Shown here in pieces: positions 9,236 to 17,998 of a DNA stretch of 64,000 nt (positions are counted from its first letter, which is position 1; each line of letters begins with the position of its first letter). This DNA is from a virus. Taxonomy: Duplodnaviria > Caudoviricetes. The translations under genes were made by a program, and so were the position numbers. The notes under the pieces were generated by a model. It was not told the DNA's origin. It worked only from the letters and a program-made list of their open reading frames with translations, and ran no database searches. The stretch lies in IMG/VR virus record IMGVR_UViG_3300009540_000001, positions 64,001-128,000 of that record, one strand, 5' to 3'.

Positions 9236-11035
9236 ATGCAAACCTCCGTCGGCCAGTTCCTGATTAACGACGTCCTCCCCGACGGCTACAAGGTCAACGG
9301 CCCCATCAACAACAAGGGGCTGCACGACCACGTCGTCGGCCTCGCCAAGAGCGACCCGGCGAAGTACGTCCAAACGATCATGGCGCTCAAGCGGCGTGGC
9401 GACGAGATCGCCACGCATGAGGGCATCACCGTGGGGCTCGACGACATCGAGCCGGACTACGAAGCCCGCGACGCGATCATGAAGCCCGCCATCCTGAAGA
9501 TGAAAGGGCTCAAGACCGACAAGGCGAAGGAGACCCACATCCTCGAGACGCAAGCGGCGATGACGGCGCAGACGAAGCTCCACAAGGGCTCGATGACGCA
9601 CATGGCGCTCTCCGGCGCGCGCGGCAACATCGCGCAGCTGATGAAGATCGTCTCGACCCCGCTCGCCACGGTGCATCCGAAGCACGGCGTGTCGCACACG
9701 CTGTTCGATCGCTCGTACGCCGAAGGGCTCACCCCCGCGCAGTACTGGCTCGCAGGGCCTGAGATCCGCGCGAACGAAGTCGCGGCGCGCATCTCCGTGT
9801 CGGAGCCCGGCGAGATGGCGAAGGTCCTCGTCGCGAACACCGTGTCGCAGATCGTGACGCAGTCGGACTGCGGGACGATGAACGGCGTAAAGATGGGGGT
9901 CGACGACTCCCACACGCTGGATCGGCACACGCAGGAGACGCACGGTCTGCACAGGAATACGCTCGTGACGCCGCAACTCCTTCAGAACTTGAAGGCGCGC
10001 GGAGTAGGGGACCTTCTAGTAAGGTCTCCGATGACCTGCATCGCCCCTCGCGGCGTCTGTCAGATGTGCCAAGGCCACAACGAGAAGGGCCACCTGCACC
10101 CGATCGGCATGACCGTCGGCGTGCGCGCCGCGCAGGCCATGGCCGAGCCGCTGACCCAGATGGCGCTCTCGAGCCGCCACGGCACGCTGAGCGTCAAGGG
10201 AACGACGCAAGCCCCCACGGGGCTGAAGGGCGTGCGCCAGCTCTTGGATGTGCCTGCGGCGTTCAAGGGCGAAGCGACGCTCGCCCCCGAAGCGGGTGTC
10301 GTGGCGAAGATCGAGGTTGCGCCGCAAGGCGGGCACTTCATCACCGTGGGCTCGAAGAAGACGTACGCTCGGCCGGACTTCGCGCTGCGCGTGCGTGTCG
10401 GCGACCACGTCGAGTTCGGCGACGTCATGACCGACGGCGTCCCGCACCCCGCGAAGGTCGTAGCCGCCAAGGGCCTCGGCGCAGGGCGCAAGTACTTCGT
10501 CGACGCGATGCACAACCTGTACAAGGACGAAGGCGTCAACCTCGACAAGCGCCACCTGGAGCTCTTGGCGAAGTCGGAGATCAATCACGTCAGGTTGCTC
10601 GAGGCGGACCCGCACCACCCGGAGTTCCTCAAGGGAGACGTCATCAACTACAACTCCTTCCGGGACGCATATCACAAGGACTCGGAGAAGGTCCGCCTCT
10701 CCGACGCCGTAGGGCACCGCCTCGGGCAAGAGGTTCTGCATCACACCGTGGGCACGGTTCTCACGCCGTCCGTCCTCAAGGAGCTCGACAAACACGGGGT
10801 CCGTGAGGTAGCGGTTACCAAGGCCATGCCTCGGCTCGAGTTCGTGATGAAGCCGTTCGCGATGAACCCGCTGCTCGAGCAGGACTGGATGGCGCGCCTC
10901 GCCCACCGGTACCTGAAGTCCACAGTGCAAGAAGCAGCCCACTTCGGCGAAGTCGCAGACGTCCACGGGACCCACCCCGTCCCGGCGTACGCTTACGGTG
11001 CGGAGCTCCATCACGGGCCCGGAGGAATCTTCTGA
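9236..11035 (+). CDS. rpoC: RNA polymerase beta' C-terminal subunit
   Basis: SGARGNIAQL, SYAEGLTPAQY (before the bridge helix), SDCGT, VRSPMTC..GVCQMCQG (Zn site), GVRAAQAMAEPLTQMALSSRH (trigger loop), LDKRHLELL. Confidence 0.93.
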   Translation: MQTSVGQFLINDVLPDGYKVNGPINNKGLHDHVVGLAKSDPAKYVQTIMALKRRGDEIATHEGITVGLDDIEPDYEARDAIMKPAILKMKGLKTDKAKETHILETQAAMTAQTKLHKGSMTHMALSGARGNIAQLMKIVSTPLATVHPKHGVSHTLFDRSYAEGLTPAQYWLAGPEIRANEVAARISVSEPGEMAKVLVANTVSQIVTQSDCGTMNGVKMGVDDSHTLDRHTQETHGLHRNTLVTPQLLQNLKARGVGDLLVRSPMTCIAPRGVCQMCQGHNEKGHLHPIGMTVGVRAAQAMAEPLTQMALSSRHGTLSVKGTTQAPTGLKGVRQLLDVPAAFKGEATLAPEAGVVAKIEVAPQGGHFITVGSKKTYARPDFALRVRVGDHVEFGDVMTDGVPHPAKVVAAKGLGAGRKYFVDAMHNLYKDEGVNLDKRHLELLAKSEINHVRLLEADPHHPEFLKGDVINYNSFRDAYHKDSEKVRLSDAVGHRLGQEVLHHTVGTVLTPSVLKELDKHGVREVAVTKAMPRLEFVMKPFAMNPLLEQDWMARLAHRYLKSTVQEAAHFGEVADVHGTHPVPAYAYGAELHHGPGGIF

Positions 11036-11772
11036 TGCCCCTCGACGAAGAGACGCTGTACGCCGTAAAGATCGCGGCTTGGGATCGCCGTGCGGCGCTT
11101 TACGGCGTAGAGAAGGTCGCCGTCGACTGGCGCGGCCTAGCGACGCGGGCCTTCGGCGAGAACAAAATTGCGCCGTCCAAACCCGGCTTCTGGAACAAAA
11201 CGAAGGCCTTTGGCAAGCACGTCGGCGAGTTCGGCCGCGAGATGATCCTCGGTAGCCCGATCACCGAGTACCAGAAGATGAAGGCCCGCATGGCGAAGCC
11301 CGGCGTCGGCCTCGGCCGAGCCCTCGCGGGCCATGCCAAGGACTTCTACATCACCCCCGACAGCAAGTTCTTCACCGCGCTCAACGTCGGTATGCCCGCG
11401 TTCGATCTCGGAAACACCCTGCTGCGCGGCGACCCCGATACACGTAAGGGCGACATCGCCCACGGCGTCGCGGGCATCGCAGCGGCGCCGTTTACCTCGC
11501 GCTTGGGGATCCCTGGGATGATGATCCAGCAGGCGGTACAGTCGGGGGCACAGTCGCTCGGACATCGGTTCGACAAGGCGAAGGACATGACGCCAACGGG
11601 GGGCCGCTCACAAGGACGGCAGTTGCTCGACCTCAGCGATCGTCCCCCTGTCGTCCCCTACCCCGCCCCGCTCGACCACCCTCTGATCACCGGCGCCCGC
11701 GAAGTCGCCAGGACCGCGCCGGCGCAACACGCCCTCAACGCCTTCAAAGCCTCCCAACCCACCTCGGGCTGA
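11035..11772 (+). CDS. Hypothetical protein (KIA/KVA N-terminus; probable internal head protein)
   Basis: Coupled to the rpoC-C stop; typical codon usage. Confidence 0.7.
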   Translation: MPLDEETLYAVKIAAWDRRAALYGVEKVAVDWRGLATRAFGENKIAPSKPGFWNKTKAFGKHVGEFGREMILGSPITEYQKMKARMAKPGVGLGRALAGHAKDFYITPDSKFFTALNVGMPAFDLGNTLLRGDPDTRKGDIAHGVAGIAAAPFTSRLGIPGMMIQQAVQSGAQSLGHRFDKAKDMTPTGGRSQGRQLLDLSDRPPVVPYPAPLDHPLITGAREVARTAPAQHALNAFKASQPTSG

Positions 11773-11806
11773 GTCCACCTAGACTTAGCCGCGCAAGGAG
11801 CAACAC

Positions 11807-13747
11807 GTGCAGACCAATCTGTTCACTCGTAACTACCTCAAGGGCGTGTCCGACGGTCTGATCGACCAGGGCGCCCTGGCCCCGTGGGGCGACGACAAGA
11901 TCGCGACCGAGGTCTTCGACAAGATCGCCAGCGATCACAACCTGCCCGCGATCCTGTCGGAGCAGCTCCCGGACGACGTGAACATCTCGCTCGGCCGGCA
12001 CCTCCAGCACTGGTCGAAGGTCGCGCACGAGAAGAACCTCGGCGCAGGCCCGACGGCCGTCGTGCAGGCGAAGCACGCCTCGCTCGCGTCGCGCGAGCTG
12101 CGCGCGGCCTCGAGCGCCGCGTACTACATGGACAAGGCCGCCGAAGACGGCGCGCTGAACGGCGTGGGCGAGAACACCCCCGAAGCCGCCACGGCGAACA
12201 ACGCCATCGCGCGCCTCGACCAGGCGAACCGCTCGACGTTCATGTACCTCGTCGGCATGGGCAACACGGACATGCCCGAGGGCGGCGTCGTGGGCCGGCA
12301 GATGGCGCACCCGATGGCGCCGAAGGGCCCGGCGATCAACAACTCGCTGACGGGGCTCGACAAGCAGGCCAGCGAGTCGGACTTCACCAAGGCCGCCAAC
12401 TTCATCGAGGCGCTCATGAAGCGCGGGGCGCAGCCCACGGTGAAGATGGTGCTCGCCGCCGCCAGCATGGCGGAAGGTGAGTACGACGGTCTCGAGCTGA
12501 TGACCGACATCGTTCGGCACGTGAAGACGGCCGAGGAGCTCGACGGCGCGCTCGACGACGTCAACAGCGCGACGGACGAGGCCTCGGCGCCTCCGAACCC
12601 GCAGCTCGTCGAGCTGATCGAGAAGGCGCTCGCGCACTACTTCGAGACGCACCCCGACATGGCCGGCGCGCACGGCGAGCCGGACGGCGACGAAGCTCCG
12701 GCGGACCCGGCGGGCGAAGGCGACGCGCCCCCGGCGCCGATGGAGGGAAAGACGGCGTCCACCATCAGCGGTCCGCGCAACCTGAAGGAAGTGCCCAAGG
12801 CCCTCGCCACGGGCGCGAAGCACATCGCCGGAAAGGCCAAAGACGAGCTCTCTCACGTTCCCAACTTCTTCAAGACGTTGAAGAACCGCAAGGATCTGAC
12901 CTCGGAGTTCGGCAAGGACATGGTCGATCGCACGCTCAAGGAGCACGGCAAGGGCGCGCTCCGCGTGGGTGGGGCGGCGGCGGGCGTTGGCGCGCTCGGC
13001 GCGGGCGCCGCGTATGCGGCGACGCGGGACAAGAAGAAGGAAGCGGCGTGGTACGACCCCGAGGTCCTCGGGACGGAAGCCCTCCACCGTGAAGGCCTCG
13101 CGCCGCTGGAGGTGGGCCCGGCCCTCGAGCACGCCGACGCGATGAAGCGCTACCTGGGCAAGGCCCCGCTGGGTGAGCGCGCGCTCGAAGGCGCCAAAGA
13201 CGTCGGGCACGCAGGCCTCGACAAGGTGAAGGCCCTCGGCGCGCTCATGAACCGCAACCGCCTCGCCACCGCCGGCATCGGCGCGGGCGTCCTCGGCCTC
13301 GGCGCGGGCGGCGCCTACCTTGCCTCGCGCGGCGGCTCGAAGGAAGCCCAGCTCCTCGCCGAGCTCTCCAAGGCCGCCACGGACGGCGCGCTGAACGACC
13401 CGGGGACCAACACCCCCGCCGAGGCCGCCGCCGTCAACGCAAACGCCCGGCTCGACATGCAGAACCGCAGGCCGGAAGAGTACCTGAACGGCGTGGGCGA
13501 CACCGCCATGCCGAACAAGGGCCATCTCGGCGAGAGCATGCCGGCGCCCAAGGGCCCGGCGAAGACCAACCCGCAGACGACGCCCGTGAAGGAAGCGTCG
13601 TTCGAAGCCTCGATCCGCTCGGCCGGCGAGTACTGGGGCCCCAAGCTCCCGGCTTCGATGCCGGTGAGCGAGAAGCGCGCGCACGTGATCGCGCTCGCGG
13701 GGATGCCCGAAGCGTACCGCGCGAACTACGTGCGGAACCTCGGCTAA
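11807..13747 (+). CDS. Large modular protein with K-x-A sites, an internal repeat and two Gly-rich hydrophobic segments
   Basis: AAGGAG RBS and TAGACTT box upstream; duplicated KAAxDGALN...PKGPA unit. Confidence 0.8.
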   Translation: MQTNLFTRNYLKGVSDGLIDQGALAPWGDDKIATEVFDKIASDHNLPAILSEQLPDDVNISLGRHLQHWSKVAHEKNLGAGPTAVVQAKHASLASRELRAASSAAYYMDKAAEDGALNGVGENTPEAATANNAIARLDQANRSTFMYLVGMGNTDMPEGGVVGRQMAHPMAPKGPAINNSLTGLDKQASESDFTKAANFIEALMKRGAQPTVKMVLAAASMAEGEYDGLELMTDIVRHVKTAEELDGALDDVNSATDEASAPPNPQLVELIEKALAHYFETHPDMAGAHGEPDGDEAPADPAGEGDAPPAPMEGKTASTISGPRNLKEVPKALATGAKHIAGKAKDELSHVPNFFKTLKNRKDLTSEFGKDMVDRTLKEHGKGALRVGGAAAGVGALGAGAAYAATRDKKKEAAWYDPEVLGTEALHREGLAPLEVGPALEHADAMKRYLGKAPLGERALEGAKDVGHAGLDKVKALGALMNRNRLATAGIGAGVLGLGAGGAYLASRGGSKEAQLLAELSKAATDGALNDPGTNTPAEAAAVNANARLDMQNRRPEEYLNGVGDTAMPNKGHLGESMPAPKGPAKTNPQTTPVKEASFEASIRSAGEYWGPKLPASMPVSEKRAHVIALAGMPEAYRANYVRNLG

Positions 13748-13768
13748 TCCTGACGGATTCGTAGCGAC

Positions 13769-13808
13769 GAAGGCTCGGAGAGGAAACTCTCCGGGCCTTC
13801 TCTCTTTT
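13769..13808 (+). terminator. Rho-independent terminator
   Basis: gaaggctcggagag-gaaa-ctctccgggccttc stem-loop followed by a pyrimidine/T tract. Confidence 0.75.
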
Positions 13809-13829
13809 ACGCTGTTCCCTTCTTTCGCT

Positions 13830-13836
13830 TACACTT
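13830..13836 (+). promoter_or_regulatory. TACACTT -10-like box, leaderless spacing
   Basis: Follows a terminator; 6 nt before ATG 13842; no SD. Confidence 0.6.
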
Positions 13837-13841
13837 CGTGT

Positions 13842-16049
13842 ATGACCATGGACGGCGGCTTCCCCCTTTCTCAGTCCCCGCGCACGCAGGGCTTTCAGCA
13901 GCCCCCGGCAGGCCCGCAGGACGAGGAGGAGATCTTCTCGACGAGCTTCAGGGACCTCGCGTACCGCGCCTTCCAGAAGACGCAGCCGCAGCTGTTCCCC
14001 CAAGTCGTCACCTTTCGCGTGCTCGCCGTCGACGCCCCCAACGGGGAAGGTGTCGGCGCGTTCATCGTCAAGGCCGAGGGAGAGATCCTCTTCGTGCCGG
14101 TGGTCATCGCGGACAACGCCGTGAAGCCGCTCGACATGTTTTACGCGCGTTCGAAGGACCGGTTCTACCCGCTCACGTCCGAGTGGGTCGACCGCCTTCA
14201 GATGGACTCGGTGACGTCTCTCGGCGACGGCGTGAAGCCCCCGAAGGACCTGAACACCGACGTCGACATCCGCAACGTGATCGTGCCGCCGACGACGGGT
14301 CGGTACAGCTACGCGGAGCTCGAGCAGGAGTGCGTCGCGCCCTTTCGGGCGGCAGCGGCCTACGGTCGCGAGAAGCGCGCGTCCGAGACGCTCGTGTTCC
14401 CTGAGTTGCTCTCTCGCATGCCCGACGGCACGAAGATCGCGGCGGCCGAGTACCTGCGCGCGCACGTCGGCGTCTTCAAGAAGCTGGCCGAGGTGTACGG
14501 CGTAAAGACGCTGGACATGGCCCTGCGCCCCTCGCGTACGAAGGTCGCCCACGACCATCGCCTCGAAGTCCCCATGAAGCACGACATCTTCATGGCGGAC
14601 GCGTCGATGCCCTTCCAAGACGTGAAGAAGAGCCTCAGCAAGGACGAAGTGGGCCCCGCGTACCAGGCCATTCGACTGCACGGCTTCTACGTCAAGGATC
14701 GCCGCAAGAGCGTCCCCAACGACGTCGACGTCGTCGGTGAGTCGACCTTCGCGCTCGAGCGCCCGGAATCCTCGGGGCTTTACCGCGTGTTCCTCACGGA
14801 CGGCACGGTCGAGAAGGCCCTCGTCGTCGTGAACCCCATCGACATGAACGGCGGGGAGATGTCGGACACGTACCAGGCGAACCGACAGTACCGTCCGCGC
14901 ACCGAGTACCAGGTGTTCTTCCAGGACGGGCGAAGCGGCCTCGTCGATACGCTCCTCGCCGAGCCTGTCGCGACGGAAGCCTTCGAGGACATCGAAGAGT
15001 TCCTGAAGGGCTGCACCTCCGAGCGTCCGGGCAACGACGAGCACGGCGCTTTCGTGTGCGTGTGCGGCACGACGCTGCGCGCGACGCACATCTTCAAGGC
15101 GTGCGACGTGTCGAGCCATAACGACCTCGTGACGATGAAGGCGAACTCGGAGTTCGGTCCGCCCGTGATCTTCTCGAAGAAGATGTCGGGCCCGGCCGTC
15201 ATCCGACCCGCTGGCCAGAACACCATGGTCATCCCTGGCTCGTACAAGTGGTTCAAGTCGAAGACGAAGACGCAGCCCGCCGCGCCCTTCCCCGGCGCCA
15301 AGCCGTACGTCAGCGCGGACCTGTTGACGGAGCAGTCGTTCCTCACGAACGCCGACATGATCCACCGCATGGTCGAGCGCGGCGTCGAGAAGACCGCGTC
15401 CGCGAAGATCTACTGCGTGAAGCACGGCTCGGACTTCGTCATCGAACCGGGCGGCTTCCCGCTCAAGGCCGTCGCGGCCACGGTGAAGCTCGCGTCGCGG
15501 TACGGCGTCACCCTCGGTGACGCCTCGCGCGTTGTCGAGGCGACGGCCAACGGCCTGCGCTTTACGGCGTACGCCACGCCGAAGCTGGCCGCTGGCGAAG
15601 CGCCTCCCCAGGCTCCGCAGCCCGACCCGGCCGCTGAAGCCGCAGCACAGGCCGCCATGCCCCCGCCCCCGCCCTCGGGGATGGAGCTCGCCCTCGCCGA
15701 GAAGATGCAGCTGCTTCAGCAGCAGCAAGCGTCCATCGCGCAGATGCAGCAGCTCGTGAGCGAGCTCCAGCAGCGCGCAATGGGCATCGACCAGGGCGGC
15801 GGGGCGATGGCCGCGCCGATGGCCGCCGCAGGGATGCAGGCGGGAGCTCCGGCGGACCCCGGCGCGATGGCGCCGGTGCCGGGCATGCCCGGCGACCCGG
15901 CGATGGCACAAGGCGGAGCGCCGCAGGGTGCGCCCCAAGACCCGAACGCCATGGCGGCGCAGGGCGCGCCCCAAGACCCGAACGCGATGCCGATGGACCC
16001 GAACGCGATGCCTGCGCAAGGGCAGGACCCGTTCATGGGAGGCATGTAG
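13842..16049 (+). CDS. Large hypothetical (probable head) protein with a P/Q/M/A-rich C-terminus
   Basis: 735-aa ORF; EKRAS, TKIAA, TKVAH, EKTAS, VKLAS motifs; PQDPNAM repeats; ends in a TAG in frame with the next ORF. Confidence 0.8.
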   Translation: MTMDGGFPLSQSPRTQGFQQPPAGPQDEEEIFSTSFRDLAYRAFQKTQPQLFPQVVTFRVLAVDAPNGEGVGAFIVKAEGEILFVPVVIADNAVKPLDMFYARSKDRFYPLTSEWVDRLQMDSVTSLGDGVKPPKDLNTDVDIRNVIVPPTTGRYSYAELEQECVAPFRAAAAYGREKRASETLVFPELLSRMPDGTKIAAAEYLRAHVGVFKKLAEVYGVKTLDMALRPSRTKVAHDHRLEVPMKHDIFMADASMPFQDVKKSLSKDEVGPAYQAIRLHGFYVKDRRKSVPNDVDVVGESTFALERPESSGLYRVFLTDGTVEKALVVVNPIDMNGGEMSDTYQANRQYRPRTEYQVFFQDGRSGLVDTLLAEPVATEAFEDIEEFLKGCTSERPGNDEHGAFVCVCGTTLRATHIFKACDVSSHNDLVTMKANSEFGPPVIFSKKMSGPAVIRPAGQNTMVIPGSYKWFKSKTKTQPAAPFPGAKPYVSADLLTEQSFLTNADMIHRMVERGVEKTASAKIYCVKHGSDFVIEPGGFPLKAVAATVKLASRYGVTLGDASRVVEATANGLRFTAYATPKLAAGEAPPQAPQPDPAAEAAAQAAMPPPPPSGMELALAEKMQLLQQQQASIAQMQQLVSELQQRAMGIDQGGGAMAAPMAAAGMQAGAPADPGAMAPVPGMPGDPAMAQGGAPQGAPQDPNAMAAQGAPQDPNAMPMDPNAMPAQGQDPFMGGM

Positions 16050-16073
16050 CCCGAGCAGCCGCCGCCCACGGCC

Positions 16074-16445
16074 ATGATGCCCAAGGCCCCGAACCCCGCG
16101 ATGTTCGAGCAGGATGTCAACCCCGATCACCTGGGCGACGCGCAGGCGCTGAACGACCAGGGCGTCTTCGACGCAGCGGCGGTCGCGTCGCTCGCGAACG
16201 TGCGCAGCGTGAAGGACCTCTTGCAGAACTACACGCCGGTGCTCGACAACGCCCTCGACCGCTTGGGTCGCTCGTTGCTCTTGCTCTACGTGAAGGGTCG
16301 CGAGATCCGCGAGCGCATCGGCGAAGAGGCGTACACGCAGCTCGAGCAGAAGGTGCGCGATACGTTCCGCATGCTCGGTGAGTCCCTCATGTCGATCGAG
16401 CAGTACGGCGATCAGATGTTGCCGCGCGGCGCGAGAACTGCGTAA
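16074..16445 (+). CDS. Hypothetical protein, possibly the read-through C-terminus of 13842..16049
   Basis: Same frame as the upstream ORF, separated by one TAG and 8 sense codons. Confidence 0.65.
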   Translation: MMPKAPNPAMFEQDVNPDHLGDAQALNDQGVFDAAAVASLANVRSVKDLLQNYTPVLDNALDRLGRSLLLLYVKGREIRERIGEEAYTQLEQKVRDTFRMLGESLMSIEQYGDQMLPRGARTA

Positions 16446-16454
16446 GCTTCCTTC

Positions 16455-17159
16455 ATGTCACGCCCGCGCACGCCGTGGGCCGCGTACGACCGGATACGAG
16501 ACGCAGCCTCGGCTCCCGACGACCCCCTCGAACGCGAGCTCTACGCCCTGTTGACCGGCGCCCCGCCGGTCGACGCGGGCCTGCGCGCCACGGTCGAGAC
16601 CGCGTACGACCTACACGAGAGCGAGGCGCGCCACGCGCTCAACGCGCTCGTGATGTGCGACGCAGCGCCGGACGAGGTGAACGCCGCGCTCGAGCTCGCG
16701 GACGGCGTGTACGACGCCTACCAGACGCTGTTCTTCGATCGGGACCACTTCCGCAACGTCTTCGACATCCGCGCGTTCGTGAAGACGCTTCCGGAGGACG
16801 AGGACGTGCAAGAGGTCTATAAGCTCGCGCTCACCGAGGGCGCAGGGCGCCTCCTCGATCGGTACCGCGTAAAGGAGGCCCCCGCCCCTGCCCCCGACAA
16901 GGTCTTGGGGGATATGATGCGCGAGACGCACAGCCGCGCCTTCGAACATCGCGGGCGCTCCATCACGAGCCGGGCCGCACAGGAGTCCTTCAAGTGGGGC
17001 CGCGCCGCCGCACAGAACGCGCTGGCCGCCAAACAGGCGACCACCAGTGACCAAGTCGGCAGCACGCTCCAGGCCTTGAAGTTCGCGCTGCGCACCGAGG
17101 ACCCGACCAAGGACCTTACGGAACTTGGCGTCACGAAAGACGAGATCCTCAGTGGCTGA
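16455..17159 (+). CDS. Hypothetical protein
   Basis: TAAGCT box 6 nt before ATG; typical codon usage. Confidence 0.75.
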   Translation: MSRPRTPWAAYDRIRDAASAPDDPLERELYALLTGAPPVDAGLRATVETAYDLHESEARHALNALVMCDAAPDEVNAALELADGVYDAYQTLFFDRDHFRNVFDIRAFVKTLPEDEDVQEVYKLALTEGAGRLLDRYRVKEAPAPAPDKVLGDMMRETHSRAFEHRGRSITSRAAQESFKWGRAAAQNALAAKQATTSDQVGSTLQALKFALRTEDPTKDLTELGVTKDEILSG

Positions 17160-17182
17160 CCCACCTACCTTTAGGCCGACGC

Positions 17183-17998
17183 ATGCCCACCTGGAATAAC
17201 TCCGATTTCGAGCGCGAGGCGACCGACATCGCTCGTACCTTCTGGGCCGGCAAAGACCAGAATGGGAGCTCGCTCAACGAGCTCACCACGAAGGTTGCGC
17301 GCGACCACAGTCTGAACCCGGAACAGATCCGGAGGCTCTGCCGTGCGGCAAACACGCAGGCCTTCGGACAGAAGCACGCCTCGCTTCAAGGCGAGGACCG
17401 AACGCCGGAGTTCGACCTGTCCGACGCCGAGGCCGTGATCGGCTCGCTGTCGCTGGCGCTCACGGGCGCGACGAAGGTCGCCTCGGCGTTCTACGGCGCG
17501 GTGCCGGACGAGTACGCTCGCCCCGCCCCGCCCATCCCCCAAGCGTCGCTCACGAAGGTGGCGAGCGAGTACGTCGCCCCGCCGCGCGCGCTCGGCATCG
17601 AGCTCGATCGCGCCCTGCGCGAAACGAAAGACCTCGGGTACGAGCGCATCGGCTTGAACGACCTCTGGGAGACGAAGATCGCAGAGCTCAAGAGCCGCGC
17701 GAGACTTCAGACCTGGGAGCACGACGCGTTCGAGAAGAACGCCGTGGCGCTCTACGGCGCGGACGCCCTTCCCGAGCTGAACGCGCTGCGGACGGTCCTC
17801 GGTCGTGACCCGATCGAGACCGGTCCCGCGACGCTCGCGAAGCTCGGCAGCTTGCAGGAGCAGTGGCTCGGCGTCGAAGACGCGCACGCCGTCTTGCTCA
17901 AGCAGGCGATGGACCTACGCGCGCAGTACGCGACGGTAAAGGTGGCGCACGAGAAGGCGGAGGCTCGGATGAAGAGCCTGAGCGCGAGGAAGCTGTGA
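17183..17998 (+). CDS. Hypothetical (probable head) protein with KVA/KHA/KQA motifs
   Basis: Typical codon usage; coupled to the next gene. Confidence 0.75.
   Translation: MPTWNNSDFEREATDIARTFWAGKDQNGSSLNELTTKVARDHSLNPEQIRRLCRAANTQAFGQKHASLQGEDRTPEFDLSDAEAVIGSLSLALTGATKVASAFYGAVPDEYARPAPPIPQASLTKVASEYVAPPRALGIELDRALRETKDLGYERIGLNDLWETKIAELKSRARLQTWEHDAFEKNAVALYGADALPELNALRTVLGRDPIETGPATLAKLGSLQEQWLGVEDAHAVLLKQAMDLRAQYATVKVAHEKAEARMKSLSARKL

Noticed and set aside
3297-11035. Host chromosomal rpoB-rpoC operon
   Set aside because: No ribosomal-protein neighbours, a divergent and re-partitioned sequence, and a position among portal, capsid and tail genes.
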